From Takakia lepidozioides (Eukaryota; Plantae; Bryophyta), in contig CM060733.1 in the NCBI GenBank assembly GCA_030704615.1, forward strand, positions 59,210,001-59,274,000: a stretch of DNA of 64,000 bases, read 5' to 3'. The translations under genes were made by a program, and so were the position numbers. Under the pieces are notes generated by a model. That model had not been told where the DNA came from. It saw nothing but the letters and a program-made list of their open reading frames with translations, and did no database searches. Position 1 is the stretch's first letter, and every line of letters starts with the position of its first letter. Below, piece after piece: positions 12,521-24,240 of the stretch.

Positions 12521-12841
12521 TGATAAGGAAAGAAATGATACAAGCATACAAGCTCTCTCAAACTCACACACTTGCACATGAAAACATCACTCATATATTA
12601 AGTCGAGCCAAGTGCACCCCACGCCATGGGAAATCCACACTACGATGCAATAGCTAGACGTGGTGAGGCTCAACTCGAGAAAGAAAGATGAGCCCACCGC
12701 GATCTGCCGTGAAGATAACAACGCCAGGTGCCCAAACATGTATTGGCCCCTGGATTGACACTTGGATCAATCCCAAATATCAATATATAAAAGCTAGCCA
12801 TTTCCTAGCTAACTTCACACCAGTGGTAAAATAACTTAAGA
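12521..12841 (-). repeat. 5' terminal repeat, segment B2 only
   Basis: Direct repeat of 4886-5202; segment A does not follow. Confidence 0.9.
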
Positions 12842-13464
12842 GACTATCTAAGTAGTCGTCTGTATGACTACATGGCTCCGGAACGGGTGGAAGGCTAGTC
12901 AACGACAATTGACCAAATTTAGCTCACCACTCATAGTCATTTCCAAGACTACAGTGTACATGGATGAGGTTGCGTAGTCATGATGACTATTGGGGATTTT
13001 GTAATTTGGTGTCTATAATACAATTAAAACACCGTATGATCACATGAATGAGTAATGGGTGTATTGGTTCGCAGGTAGTGAACTATAAATTTTATAGCAA
13101 AGAGATAGGCTGCCACGTGGTTTTTTATTATTATAAAAATACATTATGCCACATGGCGCAATGCGGTGTGACACGACGTCTGAGTTTTTATTTATTTTTA
13201 AATAAATATTTTTGAATTTTTTGTTATTTTTTTAATCAATTGCGCCTCGTCACATTGCGCAGCAGTGGCGACTGCGGTATGGTATATTGACTGTAGTGAG
13301 AGATATCACTTAGTTCATCTGATTATAGTCATCCGGACCGTACCATCCCGTACTCATTGTATTTACTTGGTTTGCACGATTTACAATCATAGAAGTCATA
13401 TGTACCATTTATGACTGCAGAATAATCATATATACAGTAATAAATACTGCGGTCTGTTGTAGTG
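12842..13464. mobile_element. Probable CACTA-like non-autonomous element end (host of the DNMT element; left part about 4580-4664)
   Basis: GACTA/TAGTC subterminal motifs on both sides of the insertion; ends in TTGTAGTG (reverse complement CACTACAA). Confidence 0.4.
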
Positions 13465-14829
13465 TTGTTTCGAGAGGCCAAACCCATAGCCTATACAGTG
13501 CCAGAACTAACCTTCGTCCCTAGTGACAGTTTGTGGAAATATTACACTGATCCTCGCACGGCAGTATGTAAGGCCATTGATGATCATATTGAACGGTTCG
13601 CCATCCTAAAACATTGTTTCATCAAGGGCTTGCCACCAGCAGAAAGAGTCTTCCTACAAAAACAACATTATCATTATGAAGACGAGATGGTGGGACCCTT
13701 GGAAGAGAGGCTTAGATTAAAATCTGCAAAGATTGGAGTAACACACCCTTCTCCCACCAAGGCTATCCATTTCTTGGCCAGCTCTTGCGGTTGTCATGGT
13801 TTTAGTCATGGTTAACTAGAATTATCTACTTCTAATTAACTAGGACATTTGGATATTTATATTTGTATTTTGGGTTTTGGAACTGCATTTGGTCTCATAT
13901 GCCAAGTGAGGTGTCAAGGCTCATTTGGGACATAAGGATGGGTTTTCCCCTTATGAGTGTGGAGGAGGGCTCATCTTCTTGTAGTTGAGCCTCCACGAGC
14001 CTATCTCACCTCCATAGCTCTATGTATTGGAGGGAGTGTGTTGAGGGCTTTATAGGGTGGATTCCTTTAGCAAAGGTGCCTTTGGCTTGACTTAGTTTAT
14101 GTGATTGAGTGGATTCATGAGTGGAGTGTTTCCATTGTGTTCACTTTCATTACTCTACAAGAAGATGACCTTATGTTTGTGAGTGCGTAGTGTAAGGATT
14201 AGCTTAGCACTTGTATTGATGTACACCAAGGAGTGAGAGAGTTAGGAAAAGCTCAAGTATCTCACAAGGCTTGTAAGGTGTTGCAAGGGAGAGTGTTTTT
14301 GCATTGCATCAAGGAGGTAGAGCAAGGAGATAGCTCTTGTGCTTGCAAGGTGTTGCAAGAAAAACACATGTTTGGGTGTTGCTTGCACCAAGGAGTTGGA
14401 GAGCTAGGGAAGCTCTTGAGTCACAAGATTTCACAAGGATTGTAAGGAGGAAGTCTTGTGTGGAAGCATAGATTCTAGGGTTTGAGAATCCTCTCTATGA
14501 ATCATGGAGTTAATGTCATATGCCATGGCATGTGGAAAGCTCTTAAGAGCTTGTTAGAGCTCATTTTGCTCTTAAGCTAGGGTTGGGGGAGCTCAAATGG
14601 GTGCATGTTGTGGAAGAGAAGACAATGAGCTACAACTATGAGCTTAAAGAAATACAAGGCATAGTTAAAAAATACGAATGGACCAATATGGAGCCTCGTA
14701 TGCCGATACTATATACTTATGTAAATGGAAACATGACCTCCACAAGAAAGCCACCTCAGAACATAATGATACCTTCTTTGATTGCCCGACAACACAAAAA
14801 TTGCAACACAATATTCAAAAGATAACTGA

Positions 14830-17534
14830 GTGTTACCGCTAGACCAACATTAACTATTCAGCGCATATTCGTACTCAGTATATTACGGAACTACAAACCT
14901 CTGACAAACGCTTCATTAGCCTACCAAAAAATATTCCGAACTTACATATATCCCTATCCGAATGCAATCCAGACATAGATGTTCTATGTACCCACCCACA
15001 TATCCAGACCCATCTTGGCATTGCCTACATATATGGACCAGTGGGATGCTACATTGGAAGCATATTACTCGCTAAATTGAACTGGCTATAGAATATGTCC
15101 CATCGAAACCCCATCCCTAGCCTGCAACCCCAGATCCCACCAACATTTGCGATGAAAGTCTCCACACTCCTCCAGTGATATGCCCACGATTTGCCTTCCA
15201 AGTGTCCAACCACACCCAACAAACTCTCTCTTGCACACTACACTCCCCACACCCTCATAGACTTTCTTACAACACAACTTAAACTCACTCACTCATACAT
15301 CTCTAACCCTCTCACATGTCCCATGGCTACTCCAGCTTATATAACACTAATCAATGTTTTGGCTCTCTAGGCTTGGCTAGATCTCATCAATGGCAAGGAA
15401 GAGGAGTTGTACCCCCCCGGACTATACTATAGCTACCGAAGCAATACATTGGGCAAGAATAGCTGCCCATACATCCACAAAAGCCTTTACCGTCCTGTAC
15501 ATTCCTCACAATAACCATAACAACACTTATCACCCTATGCTGGCAAGCCCCCCCGGAATGTTCATATTTTGATATATTCGACCCACGTTCGATCACTTAC
15601 GAATCAACTCCGCTATTACCCAAACCTATATATGGCATATCAAGAGCCATCCTTAACTAAACTAATCTATGTACACCACTCGAGCAACCCACAAGTACCT
15701 TGTACTTTCTTTTCACAAAACAATTACGAATTAAGACATTTGTTTGGCCCCACATCCGCCATAGTTTATGAACCGCAACAAGTGCTCCATATTTACCTCC
15801 GCTTCAACTAAGACAAACCATGGAATATGCAGGCCATTCCACGATCATTTTGGACAACTCAGCAATTGCACCCAACACCTATACATTTTGTACACCGGAT
15901 TTATATCCAAACCTAGGCCCTCTAAATTTCCCTCCACACCAATGTGCGTATACAAATGGCTCCCTAAAAGATGTACATGCGGGGTATGACACATACTTTG
16001 CCAATGGAGAGAGAAGACTCCAGCCAAAGCCGACGTAACTAAGAGTCACCTTGTCTTGCGGCTACTCCCCTTTTCGGGGGGTGGGCCCTATTATACTCTG
16101 CCAATACCAACTCAAGAACATACAACCGTCTCCCAGGTCGCTAGAATATTTTACCTACAGAACTCATGTCTATACATGATGCCTTAAAATATCTCTCATG
16201 CCAACTCGGTTCGACCTATTACCTTTTCACAGATAGCTTAATAGTCTCTTTGTATCTTCTCTCTAACCAAAAGCTTAAACCCTCCTCCCAAATTCATCAC
16301 CTTGACCTTAATCTCATTAAAACCATCATAGATATTGCGCACTCATACCCATTACAATTCCATCTTCATAAAGTCCGGTCTCACAATATAGGCATCACGG
16401 GTAATGAGATAGCAGACCAACTTGCCCAACTTGGAACCATTCAACCTACTGTATAGCCCACAAATGACCTTATTCACTCAACACACACACATCCATTCTG
16501 GTTGACATCAACTAAAGCTAGAGTCCTAAAATAGGCCCCATTTGGGACTTACGTACACACATTGCGACTAAGGAGCAAATCCGTACGACGTTGCCCACCT
16601 ATCTGAACTCCTACATATCCAAATGGGTCGCATCGCCTCATCTGCTCCACAATATGTCTAATCACTTCTGGATATCACCGATAATCACTGATGCCCACAC
16701 TGATGCCCAAATTAGACAAATGCTCCGATTTCAACATGGACAATACATTGACAACGTCCAACGACGTAATCTATTCTGGCTTTTATTATATCCACATAGG
16801 CATTGTATGTTAGGTTATGCCATGCCCGACCCCCTCAGGTGGACACATTGACGCATCTTCTTCTCCACTGTAAACATCCCACTATCCCTGGACTTCACAT
16901 TTCTCGACATAATCGAGGAGTCTGGCAACGTCATAAACTTCTACTCACGCACCCTAAATCTAGAAGAGACAACCTCATTAATGCAAGCACGTTTGAAGGA
17001 AGACCACCGGACCGCACAATACCCTCATGGCTGCTACCATGTACATGCATTACCTATCCATGTCTCTGTCTGGCAAGACTATGTCATGAAATTCTTTTTG
17101 TCAAAGGACTCCCCATCTCGTTGGCAGTGCCAACAGCCCTCCCTTCTGTCACGACAGATATCCGGACCAGTCCATTATGTACAATGTGAAAACTATGAAT
17201 CCTTTTTGGCCCTCCATCAATATGGAGGAATACCGCCCTTTTTACGATCATCACTACTTGTGTATGAGGAGGAGCCCACTCTCAAAATAGTCTAGTCCTA
17301 AAAGAAAACCTCAAGCTACCTTCGAAATATACCACTCCCCTATTACACACATGCACTTCACAACCATCACTTCACTTTTATCCGAGTCAACAAAAGAAGT
17401 ATTGAAAATGGGCAGCTTACCGCTTAGTAATTGGTTCCAGCTCCCGTAGAGCCCACCCCCAAAAGGGGTAGTACCCATACTGGGAAGAGGGCTCTTATTT
17501 ATGCTAGTTTCGGCTGGCATCATATATATATATA
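14830..17534 (+). mobile_element. 5'-truncated, degenerate Dualen/RandI-like non-LTR retrotransposon (MTase-like fold, RNase H, CCHC finger, RLE)
   Basis: RNase H YTNGS/ELMSIHDAL/FTDSL/KVRSHNIGITGNEIADQLA; C..C..DTLTHLLLHC..RHN; C.C..C.C..RLCHEIL (decayed RPD motif); structured 3' end plus (TA)n. Confidence 0.7.
16005..16088 (-). repeat. Short LINE-3'-end/SINE-like structured element inserted in the RNase H region
   Basis: Minus strand GGGCCC-ACCCCC GAAA AGGGG-AGTAGCC GCAA..TGACTCTTAGTTACGTCGGCTTTGGCTGGAGTC(TC)n, homologous to the other copies. Confidence 0.7.
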
Positions 17535-18249
17535 CACACAAATGAATTAAGGGAGCAAAATCAAAAGTTCGCTAGACAGTGCTAGTAGTGGAATTATCAG
17601 GAGCTTGACTTTGTCTACTTGGACCTATTAACACGTGCCACCTGTAATATGGCCACTTCGCTAACCATGCCACCTCGTTATTCTCACCACATGGGCGTTA
17701 TATAGAATTTACATGTGGCCATATGAATAAACGAAATCACCTTGATTTGGTCTGCATAAATTTGTTAACTCATCATATTAGTATTACTAGGGTAGCCTGT
17801 GTCGTTGGCCCAAGTGTCAAATGTCATCTAAGCCCAAGTGCAATCTCCTATGTATGTAAGTGCCTCTCCTATGTCAAGGCCCAAGTGCAACCTCTAGGGT
17901 AGCCTCTGCAGTTAGCCCAACGGTCCAATGTCATCTAAGTCCAAATGCATTTTTTTTCCACAGAGCCTACGACCAGATTTGACCCGGAGACCTTTCCCTT
18001 TATATCTATCCTCTGGAGGCTCCAACCATTGTCCCAGGAATTCCCACTCTGCAATTTTTTTGTGAATTTCCAGCAACCCAAAGTACTCGAAATTCCAAAT
18101 CTTCCACACTGCAGGTCTCTCTGTAAATTGACTGGACGTTAAAGTAATTTTATCTTTATCTCTCTACTAGACATGCAATAAAAATATAAAGTTTCATTCA
18201 AGAGACACGATGGCCCAATGATCATGTCCATGTTTCTTAAGTGGCCAGC

Positions 18250-18362
18250 TAGCCACTTCCGGTTCGGATAGAGCCCACCCCTGAAAGGGAGCAGTACCCG
18301 CAAGGGGAAGAGGCTCTTATTTACGCTAGCTTCGGTTGCCGTCATATATATATATATATATG
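18250..18362 (+). repeat. Isolated LINE 3'-end structured motif with (TA)n tail
   Basis: GAGCCCACCCCTGAAAGGGAGCAGTACCCGCAAGGGGAAGAGGCTC..GCTTCGGT..(TA)n, matching 17449-17534 and 28900-28992. Confidence 0.8.
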
Positions 18363-18707
18363 TCCCTGTTTCTTAAAAAATAAAAAATAAAATGAAACAA
18401 AAAATTCATACCTATATCCCAATCCGCTCTTTATATCCAGGTATAGAAAATAGAATTCTCTATTAATTTAGCAAGTATTTGGTGACAAAAAGCTAAGAAC
18501 CGGGCAACACTGGTAAAATATACATGTGCAACAGTTTATGTACAAGCGTGGGATACACCCTGAGTGATGAGCCTAAGTGATCCAAGGAAGAGAACGGAAG
18601 AGCAGCACTTGCGACGAGTTTCGAAAGTGCGAGAGTGAGGGACATGTAAAGTAAGAACCTCAACTTGTAATGCTTTCCAGCCTGAAATGATTATGTAAAG
18701 CTAGAGC

Positions 18708-21550
18708 TCAGCAGAAGCTGATTCGTAGCTCGCTGCATTCATCTGTTGCAGCGGCCAAGCAGCTCGACTGCGCACTACATACTTCCGAAGTATGTCCATC
18801 ACTGAGCCCCCGAGCTGTATTTTGTAGCTGCATGGATAGTTCAAGTGCAGAATTATCTGTGACTGCGGGTCGAGGAGGTGGGTGAAGACTGGAATTACTC
18901 CCATACCGGTAGCCACTCTTGCACTCACCATTGAAATTGAACTTGTCCAGTTGTACAGCCAATGGCCAGCTCAGGAGCTCCACAATTTTCGTGTTGCGAA
19001 GCCCACCGGCGTATAATCCTTTGAACCCTGGAATACAGTTGACGAGGGCAATGGTAGTGTTCACTGCTTCATCGTCATCCCCGCACACAAACTCGGTGTG
19101 AGGATTGTTCACGTCTGGAGTCTCTGTCAAGAGTTTCTGCATATCGAAATATTGATCTAGTATATCTCATGTCAGGTGCACAATATTGCAAATATACATA
19201 GTCGTCTCCTTGAACTGGTATATGATTAAATTGATAGCTTAGAGATCTCAGTTGACCAGTTCCAAAGAATACTAGGCCTGGCACCTTGTATAATTAGTAT
19301 AGTACACTAGTGTACACTAATTGACCAGCGTTTCCTCTCAAATCCATGGTGTTGGTTCCAACTTAGTCCAAGTTACAGACAATTTGAAAATTTTCCAGAT
19401 CTTTTTGCCTCACATTGCCTTATGACACTGCAAAAATTGATCTCCTCAAATGTACACACTGATCCACCGAAGGTACCAGCCGGAAGATATACATTTTTTC
19501 ACTAGCCTGCAGAATTCCCATGACATCCTATCACTGTACCTCACTAACGAGCTGCACTTGAGCATGAATATCCATGTGGTGCACATAGATCCATGCCTAG
19601 GAAGAGAAAAAAATAGAAATATTGAAAAAATGTTGACGCAGGCTGCCCAAGCGAGCATGAACTATGGTGTCTGATCTTCACCTTGAAGGGCAAAACAGAG
19701 GACAGACACCTGTTTGCACTTATCGTGAACAGATACTTGACCAGACGACCATACCGACAAGAAGATACAACTCAAACTTGTTACGAACACACATGACATC
19801 CATACCTTCCATTTATGCTCTAACGCAGAGATAGTCAACTCGTGATCTAATCCTCAGAGTTCGACATGCAAAGTATTACGCTTTTGTGTATAGGTACAGC
19901 AGTGCCTCAGATGAACGAATTCAAGCACTTACAGGGAAGGCGGTTTTGAAGGCAGTCGTCCATCGCACTCTAACCGCGTGACACAATGCTCTCTTGTTGA
20001 GGCAAACTGATGACACCTGGCCCCAGTTGCTCTCATTGAGAAAATAACCGATGTTGGTTGCATCCACGATGATTTTGTTACGGAGATGCTTCGCAAGAGA
20101 CATCAACAGTACTGCTCTGTCCTGCAGGGATCCCTGCCCAGATCCAAACCTTGGCATGCTCAGGATATGATCCACGTTTGACAATTCTCAGACCCGCACC
20201 TGACTAATTCATCTGAGCCTACTGTTAGCAGACGAAAAAGTTTCAGTGGGGTCAGAAACGAGGGAGGGACTTAAATATCAGCTCTAGATCTATGAGCTGT
20301 AATAGTGTTTATTAGATCAGCTCGCTAGGTTTTATGATTGGTGCTTGCAATGGTGTCAAATTGTAAACTTGTCTAGGCAGAGTGATTGATTGGACTGGAG
20401 GGCGGATCACGTGCAGTCAAGTTTGAGAAGACAGCAGGCCTCGAAAACCACCAATCCAATGTACAAATAAAACTTTATAGCTCCCAAAAGTCGTGCGAAT
20501 ATTCATGATGTACATATGTCGGATTAGGTGATCGACGGCTCATTCCAGAGTTGCTCAATATAGTGTAGTTACAGAGTTGCTATCTAGAAAGATTTAGCGA
20601 GAGAGTGCTCGAGAAACAGACAGATGATGATCGGCTATCGGAATGCATATCTTATAAGAAAGGAGCTCACCTCAGACACACCACAAAATAGACAAAAAAT
20701 CACGTGCGTTAAAGGTAAGCTTCTCGTGTTCACGACCATTTTACCTACAACTTAGGCGAACTCGATTGAAAAGCAATCGCTAGGAAGCAAGACACATTAA
20801 ACCACTGTAATTTAAAGAAACAGAGCTCTGGAAGAGTCCGACTCTTGAAAAGAGTCCTGAGAAGTGTATCCTGGCATGACTCGACCATGATCACTGCTGG
20901 AAAGAGGCTCAGAAGAACTGCAGCTGCCTACTTGTGCACATGATGGCAAGTTATCTCGCATTCAGCTGCCCTGACCTGTGTTCACATAAGGTTCAAACGT
21001 GAATTGTCCAGATGTAGACCTGCAGTCTACGAGTGATGATCACCTGCCGGGTCAGCATTCACCCCGTGGCAATACGTTTCGGGAAGAATGGAGGGTACAT
21101 CATACTTGTATCAGTATGTTTTTGGCACTCTCTTCCCGAAAACCCGTGCAGGTTCATCCAACCCAGGATTCAAATTTCAAATGAATCGACACAAAATTTC
21201 AAAGATAGTTGCATATCGTTGTACACTTCAGATTATAGATATCTCTAGAGCTGAAGGAGTAATATGACCGTGCATGTACGTGCAGACGAATATCGCAAAC
21301 TTACGGAGGGGCCCCAGATGATGATGTCCCCCGCAGCAGCAGCGTCCGCATTCGACAAGCCCTTTACTGCAAGATGCAATGGAATTTGCTTGGAGATCTC
21401 TGCAGCAGCCACGGCCGCTTTTTCGACATCTCGGGATCCGACGATTACTCTAAGGCCTGCATTAGCAAAATGGGCGGCGAGCAGACCTCCCCTCGTGCCT
21501 GTGCCTGGGACCACTGATATCGTTAATGCCTTCAGGTCGAGCGCCGCCAT
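18708..21550 (-). CDS. F420-dependent NADP oxidoreductase (FNO/NpdG, COG2085)-like protein, about 291 aa; exons 21550-21305, 20133-19933, 19136-18708
   Basis: Rossmann PGTGTRGG, VIVGSRD, NADAAAAGDIII, KIIVDATN, FVCGDD, AGGL. GT-AG junctions join in phase 0 with no internal stops. Confidence 0.8.
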
Positions 21551-23744
21551 TCAGTGTCACTGGTCGGGAGGACCAGAGATAGAACGAGGCAGAATCACAG
21601 TGATCTAGCTGCTTAGCCGGAAGAGAGCAACTGAGAAGACATCGGACATAGACACACTTCACGAGAATGGAAGAACCCAAGAGCTTTCTATAGAGGTACT
21701 TGCAAGATATATATCTAGAGGAGGTGGAAATTACAACAGTTCACAGCTAGAGACTGGAGATTAACAGATCAAACTAAATTCGCTGCTGCAGCAGCAAACC
21801 CAGACCACAATATTGCGAAGACGAAAGAAGCAGCAGGACCCACAGATTTCTACAACGCAGGCGGTGAGATGTAGCACTCAGTGAAATGCAAAGAGGCATG
21901 GTAAGCACATTCTCTAGTGAAGCGCAACTTCGTCAGAAGTCCCCATGCCTTCAAGCCCACATGTGATGGCCATGGAAAGCGGCGGCATGGGCATGGGATG
22001 TGGGGACTGGGGACTAATCCCTTACTGTCATGAAAAAACAATATTTGTTTGTTTGTAATATGAGAATGCCACTAGGTAGTCTCTTGGCCGTTTTCATAAA
22101 CCAGTTGACTGAGGGGAGTTGGGGAGGAAGGTTCTGAACTGTGACTCAATTTTTGCAACAGTGGTTGACCACCTTGCCCGACTTTACTATCTTGACACCA
22201 TTACCAACCCTTCGTGATTTAGGTGAGGTTTGGTTCCAGGACAAAAACACTGTCTCTCATTCGGACCTGAAGAAGATGATGAATTTGAGGAGATAGCTTG
22301 TCCAGAGCGCCCTCGATGGCTATAAGGTGTTTACTATTATAACCTACCTTTAGGATTCTACTGGGTGTGGGGTTTCCATTTAGGGACTGCATGGCATCCA
22401 CCGGCTGCTGATGTGGCCTGTGTGTATTTGCAGACTTTTTCGAGGAAAACCTATAGAATGCTGGGACCCAGACGTTCCTGAGGAGAGGGCGCTTTTTCTG
22501 CGGTCACTACAACAAGTGTTCCGGTCAAGCCAGGCTCTTAGCGATCAGGGTTGGAGCTTCCGTATGCATCCAAGCATTTGTATGAGTTCTGTCATACAAC
22601 AGTTTTGCTCGGAAATATATGATACCTGTGTTGTGAGGAAGTACTGACGGCCGTTCTGCCTGGTCAGTGAAACATAGGTAAGGGGAACTGGGCCCTACTG
22701 GAAAAGGGTCCTACCTGGTTCAAGAAAAGCAAACTTTGGAAGAAAACATGTCATTTTATTCCGCAATTAGACAGAATGTAGTTGCACGGTCTGCATGTCT
22801 GCTGCATCCCACCAACTTGCTGTCCTTGCCAATATGAAGATGGCGAGTTGATATCTGTGCCTAAATTGCTCCACTGCTGCTTGTAGTCACCTTGCTTCAA
22901 GGTATACTCACTGTGAATGCATGGAAAAACAACAAACAGGGACTGCGTTCATGTGACACTTCTACCAGCAAGATGAAACCCTCTCGACAGATCCATGTAC
23001 GTTTCATTGCTGACTTTTCTTTGGGACCAGTTTCATGCTTCATTGACTATCGGTTGTGTATCTACCAGGATTGCATTGCATGGGTCTCAGCCTTAGTCAG
23101 CAAAAGAAAATATAGTAAGTCAGGAGAATGATGCTGTAGGTCATCAACAGCTTGGAACTCGATATGGCTACATTTTTTGCAGTGGAGTGGAGGTATGTAC
23201 AGCAGTGGCTGGAGCTACATGAGCTCTTTATAGGCCCTTGCATGGAGGTGCCAATGAGGCCAAACACCGAAGATGACATTTTAGTGAATTTTTTGTGTAA
23301 ACTTGGAGCCACAACCTTGCCACATATGTGCAGCAATTGCCTTGCATAGCGAAGTCCTTGTTGGGGTCTTAGGAAGAGGAGGATGGGGACGAGGAGGAGG
23401 ATGATGACAAGCCCCAATAAGGCCTTTGTTGTGCCAGATGATTGTCGCATACATGAGAACATATGCAGAAGGCTTAGTTTTGCAATTGTGGCTCCGAGTT
23501 TACGCACAAGCATTCACTGAAGTGTCATGTTGGAAGGTTTGGCAATGGACATGCTCTGAGCAATGGCGTCGACCCTCCTTGCCAGGAGGAGGACGAGAAG
23601 GAGGAGTAGTCTATGTTTCTCAAAAAGCATCCAACAGTTGGCCCAGTGGTTAGGGCACAAGGCAGCCTTTACAAGTGGGTCATGGGTTAATAGCCACATA
23701 TATGTATGTCAGATGTCACCCCTCATGGCAAACCCAGCTATGAA

Positions 23745-24240
23745 AGGTGGGTAACTAGATTAACTGGTTACTTAATACGTGGCTACCTGGGAACGTCCGA
23801 GTCCTTGGGGGAGGGTTGGGCACCTGCGTTGCCCGGGTTATGTATAGGGGAAAGCCCCAAGTGATGGAACCTTCCCCAGCTTATAGCAAGTTAAAGCAGA
23901 TGTCCCTTCTGTTCGGAGGTCCCTTCCATTTGTGGAAGGGAGCTCCGTTGAACGGCTGTAGGTTCTGCGTCAGAAGGTATGTCAGATAATATATGAAGAA
24001 ATTAGAAGTGTTTTACATGTAGGGGAAGGGCAGCTGACTCAGCCCTTCCACCATTTAAGAATGTGTGACCGAGGGCGGTAGCCCTAGTTCACGCGCTCAA
24101 AAATGGGGGAAGGGCTGAGTCAGCTGCCCTTCACCGGCGTAAGAAACCAACCTGCCCCTTCATGCCCCACCTCACAATTGTCAGCTTACGAATTTCGTAA
24201 GGCCCTAAGTGTCTTATGCCTGACGTAAGGTGCGTCCTCG
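23745..24240. mobile_element. MITE-like palindromic segment
   Basis: About 25-bp inverted pair at 24024-24049 and 24108-24132 (GGAAGGGCAGCTGACTCAGCCCTTCC) plus repeated GGAAGGG/CCCTTCC motifs. Boundaries approximate. Confidence 0.45.

Larger units (their letters stand above)
4665..12841 (-). mobile_element. Gypsy-type LTR retrotransposon carrying a DNMT3-like methyltransferase and PHD finger; RT-deleted; split terminal repeats
   Basis: Repeats A1 4665-4884, B1 4886-5202, A2 5205-5324, B2 12521-12841. GACT flanks both ends (4661-4664, 12842-12845). gag-PR-DNMT-IN-PHD on the minus strand. Confidence 0.9.

Noticed and set aside
4665-12841. DIRS/Ngaro tyrosine-recombinase element, suggested by the split repeats
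   Set aside because: It encodes a DDE integrase and protease, has a PPT and TG..CA ends, and no tyrosine-recombinase motif was seen.
13815-14640. Solo-LTR-like segment
   Set aside because: No TG..CA ends, TSD or second copy in the window.
18271-18345. Hammerhead ribozyme or rRNA fragment
   Set aside because: No CUGANGA/GAAA core on either strand; rRNA resemblance is limited to the short AGUA/GAA motif.
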